A stretch of DNA of 64,000 nucleotides from positions 304,896 through 368,895 of the forward strand of contig CAWHEP010000010.1 of the NCBI GenBank assembly GCA_963828525.1, given 5' to 3'. Shown here one piece after another: positions 9,650 to 19,532 of this stretch (positions are counted from its first letter, which is position 1; every line of letters begins with the position of its first letter). The position numbers and the translations under genes were made by a program. The stretch is from an uncultured Verrucomicrobiae bacterium. GTDB taxonomy: Bacteria > Verrucomicrobiota > Verrucomicrobiia > Chthoniobacterales > Chthoniobacteraceae. Under the pieces are notes generated by a model. The model made no database searches and had not been told where the DNA came from. It worked only from the letters and a program-made list of their open reading frames with translations.

Positions 9650-11404
9650 GTGATGGTCGGCAAAGTCGGAGTCGGGGGCTCCAACCCGATCCGGACGCAA
9701 TCGATGCTTACCTGCGACACGATGGACACGGCAGCGTGCATCGAACAGACGCTGGAACTGGCGGCCGTGGGATGTGAGATCGTGAGGATCACCGCGCCGA
9801 CCGTGAAGGACGCGAGGAACCTGCAGTTCATCAAGGAAGGGCTGCTATCGAAAGGATGCGATGTGCCGCTGGTGGCAGACATCCATTTCAAGCCAGACGC
9901 CGCAATAGAGGCTGCCCGTTGGGTCGAAAAGGTGCGTGTAAATCCGGGGAACTACGCGGATTCTAAAAAGTTCGCGGTGCGGGAGTATTCCGACGAGCAA
10001 TACGCCGCGGAGATCGAGCGGATTCGGAGCCGGTTCGCGCCTTTGGTAGAAATCTGCAAAAACCGGAGCGTCAGCCTGCGGATTGGGACAAACCACGGAT
10101 CGCTGAGTGATCGGATCATGAACCGCTATGGCGATTCACCCCTGGGCATGGTCGAGAGCGCGCTGGAGTTCGCCAGAATCGCGAGAGGGATGGATTTTCA
10201 CGCGATGATTTTTTCAATGAAGTCCAGCAACCCGAAGGTGATGATAAACGCCTATCGTTTGCTCGTCGCCCGTCTGGAGGCGGAAGGCCCGGACTGGAAT
10301 TACCCAATTCATCTGGGAGTGACGGAAGCTGGGGATGGGGAGGACGCCCGGATCAAGAGCGCGATTGGCATCGGGTCTCTGCTGGACGACGGGATCGGGG
10401 ATACTGTGCGGGTTTCGCTGACGGAAGACAGCCCGCGTGAAATACCGGTCGCGAAGGCGCTCTGCGAGCCGTACAATCACCGTCCATTCCGCGCGGAGGC
10501 TTCTGTGGAAAAGCCCGTTGCCGAATTGCCTTACGACCCCTTTTCCTACAACCGGCGCGCGTCTCACACGCTGGAGTTCGGTGGAGTGGCTGTTGGCGGT
10601 GAAGAGACGGTCCGGGTCGTGGTGAGGCAGGCAAACTATGACAAGGTGGCCCACAAGCTGGAGCGCATGGGTGATTACCAACCGGAGATTGTCTACGAAA
10701 AAGCGGGCATCCGCGAAATCGATCCCCGGAATGATGCCGAGGTCGTGCTGCTCAACTCGATGAGCGACGATTGCCTGGTGACGGCGCGCGACGGGCTGGA
10801 CATGCCGGTGATCGCCGCGTTCCGACTCCTCGCGGCGAAGGTGGCTCGACGACACCCCATCCTGTTGAAGGATACATTGGTTCCTGCCACGCGTTCAGGC
10901 GCGGACTTCCTCAAAACGCTGCTCACTGGAGCGACGAACATCGGCTCGCTTCTTTGCGATGGCGTCGGGGACGCGATTCTCGTCCAGGGAGAAGAAGCGC
11001 CGGGTCAAGCGTTGCGCCTTTCATACAACATCCTTCAGGCGGCGGGCGCCCGGATTTTCAAAACGGATTACGTGGCGTGCCCCTCGTGCGGGCGAACGCT
11101 GTTCAACCTGCAGACAACGACCGCCCGGATCAAGGAAGCGACGGCGCATCTGAAGGGTGTGAAGATTGCGATCATGGGTTGTATCGTGAACGGCCCCGGG
11201 GAAATGGCGGACGCTGATTTCGGCTATGTGGGAGGCGCGCCGGGGAAGGTAAATCTGTATGTCGGAAAGACAGCGGTGAAATTCAATATCCCCGAGGCTG
11301 AAGCGGTCGAGCGGTTGCAGGATTTGATACGCGAGCACGGGAAGTGGGTTGAGCCAGTTTTGGCATGTGAAGGCGCGGCGCTAGTCGGGGCGGACGAGGG
11401 TTAA
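9650..11404 (+). CDS. ispG: HMBPP synthase IspG, long three-domain type; conserved-looking N-terminus extends upstream to about 9602
   Basis: PLVADIHF, RVNPGN, RIGTNHGSLS, HLGVTEAG, ACPSCGR and IAIMGCIVNGPGE. Confidence 0.97.
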   Translation: MMVGKVGVGGSNPIRTQSMLTCDTMDTAACIEQTLELAAVGCEIVRITAPTVKDARNLQFIKEGLLSKGCDVPLVADIHFKPDAAIEAARWVEKVRVNPGNYADSKKFAVREYSDEQYAAEIERIRSRFAPLVEICKNRSVSLRIGTNHGSLSDRIMNRYGDSPLGMVESALEFARIARGMDFHAMIFSMKSSNPKVMINAYRLLVARLEAEGPDWNYPIHLGVTEAGDGEDARIKSAIGIGSLLDDGIGDTVRVSLTEDSPREIPVAKALCEPYNHRPFRAEASVEKPVAELPYDPFSYNRRASHTLEFGGVAVGGEETVRVVVRQANYDKVAHKLERMGDYQPEIVYEKAGIREIDPRNDAEVVLLNSMSDDCLVTARDGLDMPVIAAFRLLAAKVARRHPILLKDTLVPATRSGADFLKTLLTGATNIGSLLCDGVGDAILVQGEEAPGQALRLSYNILQAAGARIFKTDYVACPSCGRTLFNLQTTTARIKEATAHLKGVKIAIMGCIVNGPGEMADADFGYVGGAPGKVNLYVGKTAVKFNIPEAEAVERLQDLIREHGKWVEPVLACEGAALVGADEG

Positions 11405-11407
11405 GCC

Positions 11408-12241
11408 ATGCGCGCCTCTGAGATAGAATCGCCCATTGCCTATCTCGGACCTGAGGGGAGTTTTGCGCATCATGTTGCGATCCAAAGATTTGGCAACGCT
11501 GGGCTGCGCCCTTTTCGCACCATTCCGGAGGTTTTTTCCTTTTTAGCGGGTGAGGGCCGGGGCCGGGGCGTGGTGCCTATTGAGAACTCGTCCGGAGGCA
11601 CGATCATGCCCACTGTGGATGGACTGATCGATAACGCCCTGTTCGTGCAAGAGGAGCTCTCCCTGGATGTGAAGCTCGCGCTGGTAGGGCGGGAGGGGAC
11701 GCCGGTGAAGGTGATCTACTCCCATTTCGCGCCGCTGCAGCATTGCGAAAGATGGCTGAACGCCCACTACCCGGGGGCGAGGCACGTCGCCACGCCGAGC
11801 ACTTCCGGCGCGGCGCAGCTCGCCGCGAGAGAGGACGGGGCGGCGGCGATTGGGCCTGTGGAGAACGCGGATGCCCATGGCCTGGATGTTCTGTACTACC
11901 CGATCGAGAGTCATATTCCGAACGTCACGCAGTTTTTTGTGATCGGTCATGCGGGGGTCGTCTCGGAGACCAGCGTGAAGACCAGCCTGGTCGTGGCTTT
12001 GGCGGACAGACCTGGAAGTCTTTGCCTGTTTCTTGAACCATTCAAGAATCATGGCGTCAGCCTGAAGCGCATCCAGTCGCGTCCGATCGTTGGACAACCG
12101 AACACGTATAAATTTTTTGTCGAAATCGAAGGCAAAGAGCAGGACGAACAGGTGAAGGAGGCGCTGAAAGGCGCGCTGGCTGTTGCAGACAGCATCAAGA
12201 GCCTGGGTTCGTATCCGGTGAGAGGCCGTTACCAGTGCTGA
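11408..12241 (+). CDS. pheA: Prephenate dehydratase (monofunctional, with ACT domain)
   Basis: IAYLGPEGSF, VVPIENSSGG, NVTQF and IQSRP..Y.FFVEIEG..LGSYP. Confidence 0.9.
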   Translation: MRASEIESPIAYLGPEGSFAHHVAIQRFGNAGLRPFRTIPEVFSFLAGEGRGRGVVPIENSSGGTIMPTVDGLIDNALFVQEELSLDVKLALVGREGTPVKVIYSHFAPLQHCERWLNAHYPGARHVATPSTSGAAQLAAREDGAAAIGPVENADAHGLDVLYYPIESHIPNVTQFFVIGHAGVVSETSVKTSLVVALADRPGSLCLFLEPFKNHGVSLKRIQSRPIVGQPNTYKFFVEIEGKEQDEQVKEALKGALAVADSIKSLGSYPVRGRYQC

Positions 12242-12331
12242 CGGCCCGCTTCGAAGCGCTTTTCCGCGCGTGAGCGTCTTGCTCGCCAGATTTGTGGAAA
12301 CTTTCGCCCGGTTGCGGGTTTTACCACATAG

Positions 12332-13795
12332 ATGCTGACCCCATTTAACTCCTCGCAGTGGAATTTCCAGACGGCGGCGCACCTCTTGAACCGAGCCGGA
12401 TTCGGAGGAAGCCCGGAAGAGATAGAAGCCCTGCAGAAGCTTGGGTTTCGCGGAGCCGTTGACTCCATTTTAAACGCGCCCGACGATTCGGCTGCCTTTC
12501 CGAGGCCCGCGTGGGCTGTGCCGACGAACATGATCGCAATGCGAGCGTCGATGGTGATGTTGACGGATGAGCAGCGGAAGGAACGGCAGAAGGAAACGCG
12601 GAAGATGCAGGTCGGGGATTTCAAGGATCTGGTTCCGTGGTGGCTGGAGCGGATGCAGAAAACATCCAACCCGCTGCGCGAGAAACTGACCCTCTTCTGG
12701 CACGGGCATTTCGCGACAAGCTTCGTCAAGGTGCGGTCGTGTTACCTGATGTGGCTGCAGAACGAAACACTGCGGCGGCAGGCGCTGGGGAACTTCAACC
12801 ACATGGTGAAGGATATGTCCCGGGATCCGGCAATGCTGGTATGGCTGGATGGGGCGCAGAACAGGCGCGAGCACCCCAACGAAAACTTCGCGAGGGAGTT
12901 AATGGAATTGTTCACCCTGGGGATCGGCAACTATACGGAGCAGGATATCCAGCAATCCGCCCGGGCCTTCACGGGATACAGGATCAACCCGCAAGATCAG
13001 ACATTCCGCTTCGCGCCCTTCCAGCATGACGACGGTGAAAAGACATTCTTCGGGAAGACAGGCCGCTTTGGAGGCGATGACATCATCAACCTGATCCTGG
13101 ATAAGCCGGTGTGCGCGACTTACATCACAAAGAAGATCTGGGAGTTTTTCGCGGACGATGACGCGCCACCGGGGGTGATCGATTCGCTCGCGTTTAATTT
13201 CCGGGCCAGTGGCTATGAAATACGGCCTCTGATGCGGGAGATCTTTGAGAGCGCAGTGTTCTACTCGCCCGGTGTGGTGAGAGCGCAGATCAAAAGCCCT
13301 GTGCAGTGGATGGTGCAGACGTCGAAGGAACTGGAAACGGATGTGCCGAACACCGCCGCGACCATAAACGTGCTGCGGCAGATGGGACAGGTGCCCTTTA
13401 TGCCCCCGAGTGTGAAGGGATGGGACGGAGGCAAGTCGTGGATCACGACATCCACCTTGCTGCTGCGATATAATCTTTCGAACTACGCGCTTGGAGTTGG
13501 GCCGATGGCAATGCAGCGGTTCCGAGTGAAGGAGAATAACACGCAGAAGCCGCCGGTGCAGATGCCGCCTCCGCCGCCGGTGGACGTGGCGAAGATCGCT
13601 CCGGCAGAGATGCGCAGCCAGCCGGAGAAGCTTATTGCCTCCCTGGCGCGGCGACTGTTCCAGAGCCCGCTCGATACCCGGCAGACCGATACATTCGTCC
13701 AATTTCTGAACTCGAAAAAGCCTGATACGAGCGACCAAACGGTGCGCGAGCTGCTCCATCTCATGATGAGCACGCCTCAATTCCAGCTCACCTGA
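12332..13795 (+). CDS. DUF1800 family protein
   Basis: AAHLLNRAGFG, LREKLTLFWHGHFATS, PNENFARELMELFTLG and PPSVKGW. Confidence 0.9.
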   Translation: MLTPFNSSQWNFQTAAHLLNRAGFGGSPEEIEALQKLGFRGAVDSILNAPDDSAAFPRPAWAVPTNMIAMRASMVMLTDEQRKERQKETRKMQVGDFKDLVPWWLERMQKTSNPLREKLTLFWHGHFATSFVKVRSCYLMWLQNETLRRQALGNFNHMVKDMSRDPAMLVWLDGAQNRREHPNENFARELMELFTLGIGNYTEQDIQQSARAFTGYRINPQDQTFRFAPFQHDDGEKTFFGKTGRFGGDDIINLILDKPVCATYITKKIWEFFADDDAPPGVIDSLAFNFRASGYEIRPLMREIFESAVFYSPGVVRAQIKSPVQWMVQTSKELETDVPNTAATINVLRQMGQVPFMPPSVKGWDGGKSWITTSTLLLRYNLSNYALGVGPMAMQRFRVKENNTQKPPVQMPPPPPVDVAKIAPAEMRSQPEKLIASLARRLFQSPLDTRQTDTFVQFLNSKKPDTSDQTVRELLHLMMSTPQFQLT

Positions 13796-13818
13796 CCCCA
13801 AAAGAAAGCAGAACATCC

Positions 13819-15165
13819 ATGGAAACACCCGAACCCTTCACGAACACGCTCCACACGCGGCGCGAGTTTCTACGGACATCGATGCTGGGAGCGGCCGCGG
13901 CATGGACGCTGCCTGTTTTTCTGCAGAAGACGTTTTCGACGCTGGACGCGATGGCTGCGGATTCGCCAATCCAGACCCCAACAGGGAAGGACGGAACGAT
14001 CCTGGTTGTCCTCCAGCTTGCGGGAGGAAACGATGGGCTGAATACGGTTATCCCTTACGCGGATGACGCGTATTACCGCGCGCGGCCGGTCATCGGCATA
14101 AAGAAAGAGCGCGTGCTGCGCATTAACGATTACATGGGTCTGCACCCGAACATGACGGGGATGAAGTCCCTTTACGACGAAGGCCACATGTCTCTCCTGC
14201 AAGGCGTAGGGTATCCTAATCCGAATCGGTCTCATTTTCGCGCCACGGAGATCTGGCAGACAGCATCGGACGCCGATCGTAATGAGACTTACGGCTGGCT
14301 GGGCCGGTATTTCGACAGTTGCTGCCAAGGCGCCGACCCGACGGTAGGAGTGAGCATCGGGAATTCCGTGCCGCAGTCGTTTAACTCCGCGCATCCCACG
14401 GGCGTGTCGTTCGCTCAACCGGAGCAATACCGTTGGATCAACCCGCAACACGGAAAGGACGGAACGGCGTCCGAAGAAGCGGCGTTTAAAGAGCTTAACC
14501 AGCCGGAGATGGCTTCCTCCGCGGACGAGTTGAACTCTGGCGGGTCGATAGGAATGATCGGCGGGCCACGTCAAAAAACGGGTGGCAGCACGCTGGATTT
14601 CCTGCAGCGCACCGCTCTGGACGCGCAACTCAGCTCCGACAAGGTCTTGGAAATTGCGCGGAAGTATCGTTCCACGATCGAATACCCGAAGAATCCGCTG
14701 GGAGGAAGCCTGAGCCTTGTGGCGCGGATGATCGCGGGGGGTCTGGCAACGCGGGTCTACTACGTGAGCCTTGGAGGATTCGATACGCATAGCAACCAAG
14801 TGGGCACGCAAGATCGGTTGCTTGGCTACATGAGCGATTCGATCTCCGCCTTCTGCAAAGACATGCAGGCTCAGGGAAACTTCCAGCGAGTGATGCTGAT
14901 GACGTTCAGCGAGTTTGGACGGCGAGTCACGCAGAATGCCAGCGGTGGAACTGATCACGGCGCGGCAGCTCCGATGTTCGTGGTGGGCGGGGGAGTAAAG
15001 GCTGGAGCGTTTGGGCGCTACCCGAGCCTCACCTCGCTGAATCAGGGCGACCTGATTTATAACGTGGATTTCCGGAGTGTCTACGCGACCATTCTGGAGC
15101 GCTGGCTGAAAGCGCCCAGCAGGACAGTTTTAGGCCGGTCTTTCCCGCTGCTGCCCATCGTGTAA
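13819..15165 (+). CDS. DUF1501 family protein with Tat signal
   Basis: TRREFL, LAGGNDGLN, PNRSHF, GGFDTH and SEFGRR..GTDHG. Usual partner of DUF1800. Confidence 0.9.
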   Translation: METPEPFTNTLHTRREFLRTSMLGAAAAWTLPVFLQKTFSTLDAMAADSPIQTPTGKDGTILVVLQLAGGNDGLNTVIPYADDAYYRARPVIGIKKERVLRINDYMGLHPNMTGMKSLYDEGHMSLLQGVGYPNPNRSHFRATEIWQTASDADRNETYGWLGRYFDSCCQGADPTVGVSIGNSVPQSFNSAHPTGVSFAQPEQYRWINPQHGKDGTASEEAAFKELNQPEMASSADELNSGGSIGMIGGPRQKTGGSTLDFLQRTALDAQLSSDKVLEIARKYRSTIEYPKNPLGGSLSLVARMIAGGLATRVYYVSLGGFDTHSNQVGTQDRLLGYMSDSISAFCKDMQAQGNFQRVMLMTFSEFGRRVTQNASGGTDHGAAAPMFVVGGGVKAGAFGRYPSLTSLNQGDLIYNVDFRSVYATILERWLKAPSRTVLGRSFPLLPIV

Positions 15166-15232
15166 TGGAAATTGTGATCAGCTTCTTTCATTTGCAACGC
15201 CCGCGAGCGGTGGTAAACTCGATGTTAACCGT

Positions 15233-15535
15233 ATGAACACTCTTGCAAGCTTCGGGAATCTCCTCGGCGGCGGCGACCTTCTCATCATCCTCGTTATCAT
15301 GCTGCTTCTCTTTGGGGCGAAGAAGTTGCCCGAACTGGCTAAGGGAATGGGCCAAGCCGTGAAGGAGTTCAATAAGGCGAAGGACGAGTTTGAACGCGAG
15401 ATCAGCCGGCCTTCGGTTGCTCCGACGGAGATGGTTGTGCAGCAGCCACGCGAGACCCTGCCCCAGAGGCCTATCGAAGGGTCGGTGCCAGTCGCTCAGG
15501 CGGGAGCGCCTGCGGAGTCGCCTGCCCGGCTTTAA
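15233..15535 (+). CDS. tatA: Twin-arginine translocase TatA/E subunit
   Basis: TM helix followed by LLFGAKKLPELAKGMGQAVKEF. Confidence 0.93.
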   Translation: MNTLASFGNLLGGGDLLIILVIMLLLFGAKKLPELAKGMGQAVKEFNKAKDEFEREISRPSVAPTEMVVQQPRETLPQRPIEGSVPVAQAGAPAESPARL

Positions 15536-15601
15536 TCGATTTCGCTGGTTGGGAGCGCTCTAACTTGCGCCGCGTTTTGCGCTCTGCTCTTCGCGAATGG
15601 C

Positions 15602-16345
15602 CTATTTGTTGAGGTTATAGTCCGCCACGCGATCATACCATACAGTTAGCGACCGGGAATCGGAGTCGTTATTGCCAGAACCGGCTGCTTTGGAATAGTC
15701 GAACGTGGCAAACTTGGCAACGTGCCCATCCGCCAGCAGGATGTTTGCTCGGGAATTGTGCATCTTGGCGAGGTTCCCCGAGAACGCGGGGTTCTGTGTG
15801 TAGTCGTCTTTGTCCGCGTCGGTAGCGGTGAACAGACCGTCGGAACAGATATCCCCCGCGAGGATGTGTTTCGTTGGGAATTTGATGAGGGCGACCCGCA
15901 ACGGAGCAAAGGCCCCCGGTGATGGGGCGGCCTGCGAATAGTCATACAGCGCGGCGTGGGAACCGTTGAAGTAGCTGTAGTTCTTGTTAGTTGGGTAGAG
16001 CTGGCTGGAAGTCGGGCACTGGAAGATTGACAGATTTTGTCCCCCGTTGGTTGGGAGGTACTTTTCCAATTGCTGCGTCCACCCATTAAGTTTGGTGGTG
16101 GGATCAACTGTGTTGTAGGGAATGGTGGCTCCCGATTCAGGGAAGCATCCGTTATTGTCGCCTGTGTAGGCGAGCATTGCCGCGCCGATTTGCCTAAGGT
16201 TACTCGCGCATTTCGTGCCATTCGCGCTATCCTTCACCCTCGCCATCGCGGGAAGCAAGAGGCCAGCGAGGATCGCAATGATGACGATCACCACGAGCAG
16301 TTCAGTCAAAGTGAAGGCGGAAAGCTTCAGGCGAGATTTCAACAT
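15602..16345 (-). CDS. Prepilin-type N-terminal cleavage/methylation protein with H-X9-DG C-terminal motif
   Basis: AFTLTELLVVIVIIAILAGLLLP, CASNLRQIG and HNSRANILLADGH. Confidence 0.9.
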   Translation of the reverse strand: MLKSRLKLSAFTLTELLVVIVIIAILAGLLLPAMARVKDSANGTKCASNLRQIGAAMLAYTGDNNGCFPESGATIPYNTVDPTTKLNGWTQQLEKYLPTNGGQNLSIFQCPTSSQLYPTNKNYSYFNGSHAALYDYSQAAPSPGAFAPLRVALIKFPTKHILAGDICSDGLFTATDADKDDYTQNPAFSGNLAKMHNSRANILLADGHVAKFATFDYSKAAGSGNNDSDSRSLTVWYDRVADYNLNK

Positions 16346-16453
16346 GGATATCTGGGGAAAAGGTGCTGGACTTGGAACGCACCACCAACAGAGTTAAGTC
16401 CGTCCATCGGGCGCGTGAGTCAAGAGCGGGTTAAAGGAGTAGGCTGGTCTGTG

Positions 16454-17017
16454 TTAACTAATCCCGCTTTCCCGGTCGCGCATGAGAGCGTCGTAATTCT
16501 CGCCGAGTTCGCGCATCGCGGCGGTGCCGTTTCCTTTATGTCGCGTCATGGCTTCCTCGATGGCCCGGAAAGGTGGGGGTTCGCAGATGTGTGAAATCAC
16601 GCGGAAGAGCACCTCGGGGGTTACTTCGCAGTGAACGATCGTGGGGAGCTTGCCTGTGGAGCAACTCGTAATGATGAGCCGTCTACATCCCTTCAGAAGT
16701 TTTTTGTAGCGCCAGGAACTCAGGAAGCCAATGCGATCCGCGTCGTCGAGCAGGAGGACGGAGTCCTCGGAAAGGTCGCATGGGGGAATACCGCCGCGCG
16801 CGTCTACGGAAAGCCGTTCGACCTGCAAACGGGTGGCGATGGCAAGCGTGGGTTCGAGATCGCGAAGGAGCGTCGTTTTCCCGCTTCCGGGCGGGCCAAC
16901 TATCGCGCCGCGATAGTCAAGCGACTTGAGATGTTCGAGGATCACGCTCCAGTCGTTGAGCGCGTTGGGGAAAACGTAATGAACCTTCTCGAGTTTTTCC
17001 GGTGTGAATGGATTCAT
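16454..17017 (-). CDS. Small P-loop (AAA-like) NTPase
   Basis: Walker A GPPGSGKT and Walker B LLLDDAD. Confidence 0.75.
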   Translation of the reverse strand: MNPFTPEKLEKVHYVFPNALNDWSVILEHLKSLDYRGAIVGPPGSGKTTLLRDLEPTLAIATRLQVERLSVDARGGIPPCDLSEDSVLLLDDADRIGFLSSWRYKKLLKGCRRLIITSCSTGKLPTIVHCEVTPEVLFRVISHICEPPPFRAIEEAMTRHKGNGTAAMRELGENYDALMRDRESGIS

Positions 17018-17099
17018 CGTACCGGAAGACGAATGTGCCCAAGGGGCTACTGGACGTCAAGAGGAAGTCGGAGCCCGAATGGGCCGGATCTTTTGCGAT

Positions 17100-17948
17100 C
17101 TACGAGGTAGAAATTGCGTCGGTAGTGTAAGAAGGAGCCGTGCCGTCAATCGGCTGCATTGTCACTGCCATGGAGGCCAGAGTGACGGGTCCGAAGATCG
17201 TGGCGAACGAGGTGTCGGCGGCGTCGCGGCCCGTGCCGATTCGGATGAGGCTCGTTTGGGGCGAGAGCCTTGTGGGATCGAAGATATACCAGCGCCCGAG
17301 GTACGCTTCGAAGTAAGCGTGAAAATCCGGGGGTATGAGGTTAAAAGCGTAACCACTTACAAACCTGGCCGGGATCGCCATGGCTCGACACAGCGCTATG
17401 GCAAGGTGCGCGAAGTCGCGGCAGACACCCGCCCGCTCGGTGGCGGTGTCGTAAGCGGACGTGAGGGGATTTGTGCTGCCGCGCAGGTACTCCACATTCC
17501 CGTTTATCCAGTTGCAGATTGCGGTGACCTTGGCAAAGCCTGTACTGAGGTTTCCAAACTCATGCTGGGCGAGCCGCACCAGCTTGTCCGATTCGCAATA
17601 GCGGCTCGGGTAAAGATAAGGGACGACGTCGGCAGGCATATCTGCTGGAAGGGTGTCCACTACGCGGACATGCGGATCGATGCGGTGCGACAAATCCACG
17701 GTCGCCGAGTAGCGGATTGTGAATTTTCCAGGAGGGGCCGACACCCGGTGGTGCCTTTTGTCCTCGATTGGGGAACGGGACTCCTCAACGGGAAGGCTCG
17801 GCTCTGTCACCAATGCCTCGGCAACGATCTTCTGAAAATCGTTGCCGACGGCACTGATGTTGAAGATGAAGGCGCTGGGGCCGCGAACATCGTAGGAAAG
17901 CTCGCAGCCGACGTCGTATCGCTGACCAGTGCCTTCCGCCGCCTTCAT
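17100..17948 (-). CDS. Transglutaminase-like family protein
   Basis: YLYPSRYCESD, GVCRDFAH, DFHAYFE and FDPT (Cys-His-Asp triad). Confidence 0.9.
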   Translation of the reverse strand: MKAAEGTGQRYDVGCELSYDVRGPSAFIFNISAVGNDFQKIVAEALVTEPSLPVEESRSPIEDKRHHRVSAPPGKFTIRYSATVDLSHRIDPHVRVVDTLPADMPADVVPYLYPSRYCESDKLVRLAQHEFGNLSTGFAKVTAICNWINGNVEYLRGSTNPLTSAYDTATERAGVCRDFAHLAIALCRAMAIPARFVSGYAFNLIPPDFHAYFEAYLGRWYIFDPTRLSPQTSLIRIGTGRDAADTSFATIFGPVTLASMAVTMQPIDGTAPSYTTDAISTS

Positions 17949-17988
17949 TTCCGGAGGATGCGCGGAGGAGGAGTCCTCCGCCTAGAGG

Positions 17989-18234
17989 CTATTTGCCCTG
18001 GCCGGTCTGCGTCCCGTGTTTGTCTCCGGTGCCGAGGTTGCCGACTGGCAGGTTTGCATCTGTGCCGGTCGAGGCAGCCGAGGTACCGGTCTTCTCGACG
18101 GTACCATTCTTGGTATCCATGATGCCGTTTGTCCCCGAGGTCTTGACGTCGTCGTTGCCAGCGAAAGCTCCAAGAGCGAAAGAGGCGAAAGCGACGCCAA
18201 CCAATAGTTGTTTTGCAGTTTGTGTTATTTTCAT
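17989..18234 (-). CDS. Small secreted Gly/Thr-rich hypothetical protein
   Basis: Signal peptide MKITQTAKQLLVGVAFASFALGAFA followed by a hydrophilic low-complexity tail. Confidence 0.6.
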   Translation of the reverse strand: MKITQTAKQLLVGVAFASFALGAFAGNDDVKTSGTNGIMDTKNGTVEKTGTSAASTGTDANLPVGNLGTGDKHGTQTGQGK

Positions 18235-18420
18235 ACAAGGAGCATAACGCAAACCGTGGTCGCTTTGGTTGTGAGAGGCGGGAAATTTATTGGCTTGAAA
18301 TGTTGCTGATCCTGGCTGGGTGAGCACTCCGGGCAGCGATCACGGGGATTTGAACTGAGGGCGAGTGGTTCGAAATTCTCTGCTTCAGTTTCGCCTTTTT
18401 GACGCTACGTTCTTCCCCCT

Positions 18421-19464
18421 ATGGCAGCCAAGACCGATGAGAAACCAACCGAAGACAAAGTGACCGTCGCGCGAAACAAAAATCTGGATCTCGCAATCCA
18501 GCAGATCGCGAAAGACTACGGTGAAGGGGCGATCATGCGGCTTGGCGACAAGAACATTGTGGATGTCGAAGTCATTCCTACCGGGAACATTCTGATCGAT
18601 CGGGCGCTTGGGGTCGGTGGGTTCCCTCGAGGACGTGTGATCGAGATTTACGGGCCTGAGTCGTCTGGGAAAACGACTCTGACGCTGACAGTTGTGGCGC
18701 AGGCGCAAAAACGCGGCGGCCTGGCTGCTTTCATCGATGTGGAGCATGCGCTTGATCCGCAATACGCCCGAAAGCTGGGAGTAAATCTGGATGATCTGCT
18801 GGTATCCCAGCCCAGTTCCGGAGAGGAAGCGCTTCGCATCTGCGAAACGCTCGTTCGATCAAACGCGCTGGATGTTATTGTCATCGATTCTGTCGCGGCC
18901 CTCGTTACGAAGGCGGAGCTGGAAGGAGAAATCGGTGATCCCACAGTGGGCGCGCAGGCCAGGCTGATGAGCGCGGCCCTTCGCAAGCTGACGGCTCTTA
19001 TCGCGAAGGCGCGAACGACTTGCATCTTTACCAACCAAATCCGGGAGAAAATTGGGGTCATGTTCGGAAATCCCGAGACGACTCCAGGAGGAAAGGCGCT
19101 GAAATTCTATTCAAGCGTCCGAATCGACATCCGCCGAATCGCGGCGATAAAGCAGGCAGATGGAGTGGTCGTGGGGAATCGCACAAGGGTGAAAGTGGTG
19201 AAAAACAAGGTGGCTCCCCCGTTTACCGAAGCGGAATTCGACATTCTGTACAATGAAGGAATCTCGGCAACGGGGTCACTGCTCGATCTTGCGCTTGAAA
19301 AGAATATCCTCGAGAAGCGGGGCTCCTGGATCAGCTTCAAAGGGACGCAACTCGCGCAGGGGCGGGATGCGACCAAGGAGTTACTGAAAGGGGATCGACC
19401 GCTGTACGAAGAGGTGGAGACGGCTGTGCATGCGGCGCTGGAGGCGGAGAAAAGCAAAAGTTAG
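18421..19464 (+). CDS. recA: Recombinase RecA
   Basis: [15 protein letters not shown] and [15 protein letters not shown]. Confidence 0.99.
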   Translation: MAAKTDEKPTEDKVTVARNKNLDLAIQQIAKDYGEGAIMRLGDKNIVDVEVIPTGNILIDRALGVGGFPRGRVIEIYGPESSGKTTLTLTVVAQAQKRGGLAAFIDVEHALDPQYARKLGVNLDDLLVSQPSSGEEALRICETLVRSNALDVIVIDSVAALVTKAELEGEIGDPTVGAQARLMSAALRKLTALIAKARTTCIFTNQIREKIGVMFGNPETTPGGKALKFYSSVRIDIRRIAAIKQADGVVVGNRTRVKVVKNKVAPPFTEAEFDILYNEGISATGSLLDLALEKNILEKRGSWISFKGTQLAQGRDATKELLKGDRPLYEEVETAVHAALEAEKSKS

Positions 19465-19532
19465 GCGGTGGGCAGTAAGGGGAACAACCGGGCACGGGGG
19501 CGGATGCGCCTTCTTCAAGCGCGCGAGCTGGC

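Noticed and set aside
6155..12241. cdsA-dxr-rseP-ispG cluster and long IspG as a novelty
   Set aside because: This is a well-known conserved gene order, and the insertion-type IspG is established in PVC bacteria, Bacteroidota and plastids.
18235..18420. LexA box upstream of recA
   Set aside because: No TGTTC-N4-GAACA or CTGT-N8-ACAG match was seen.
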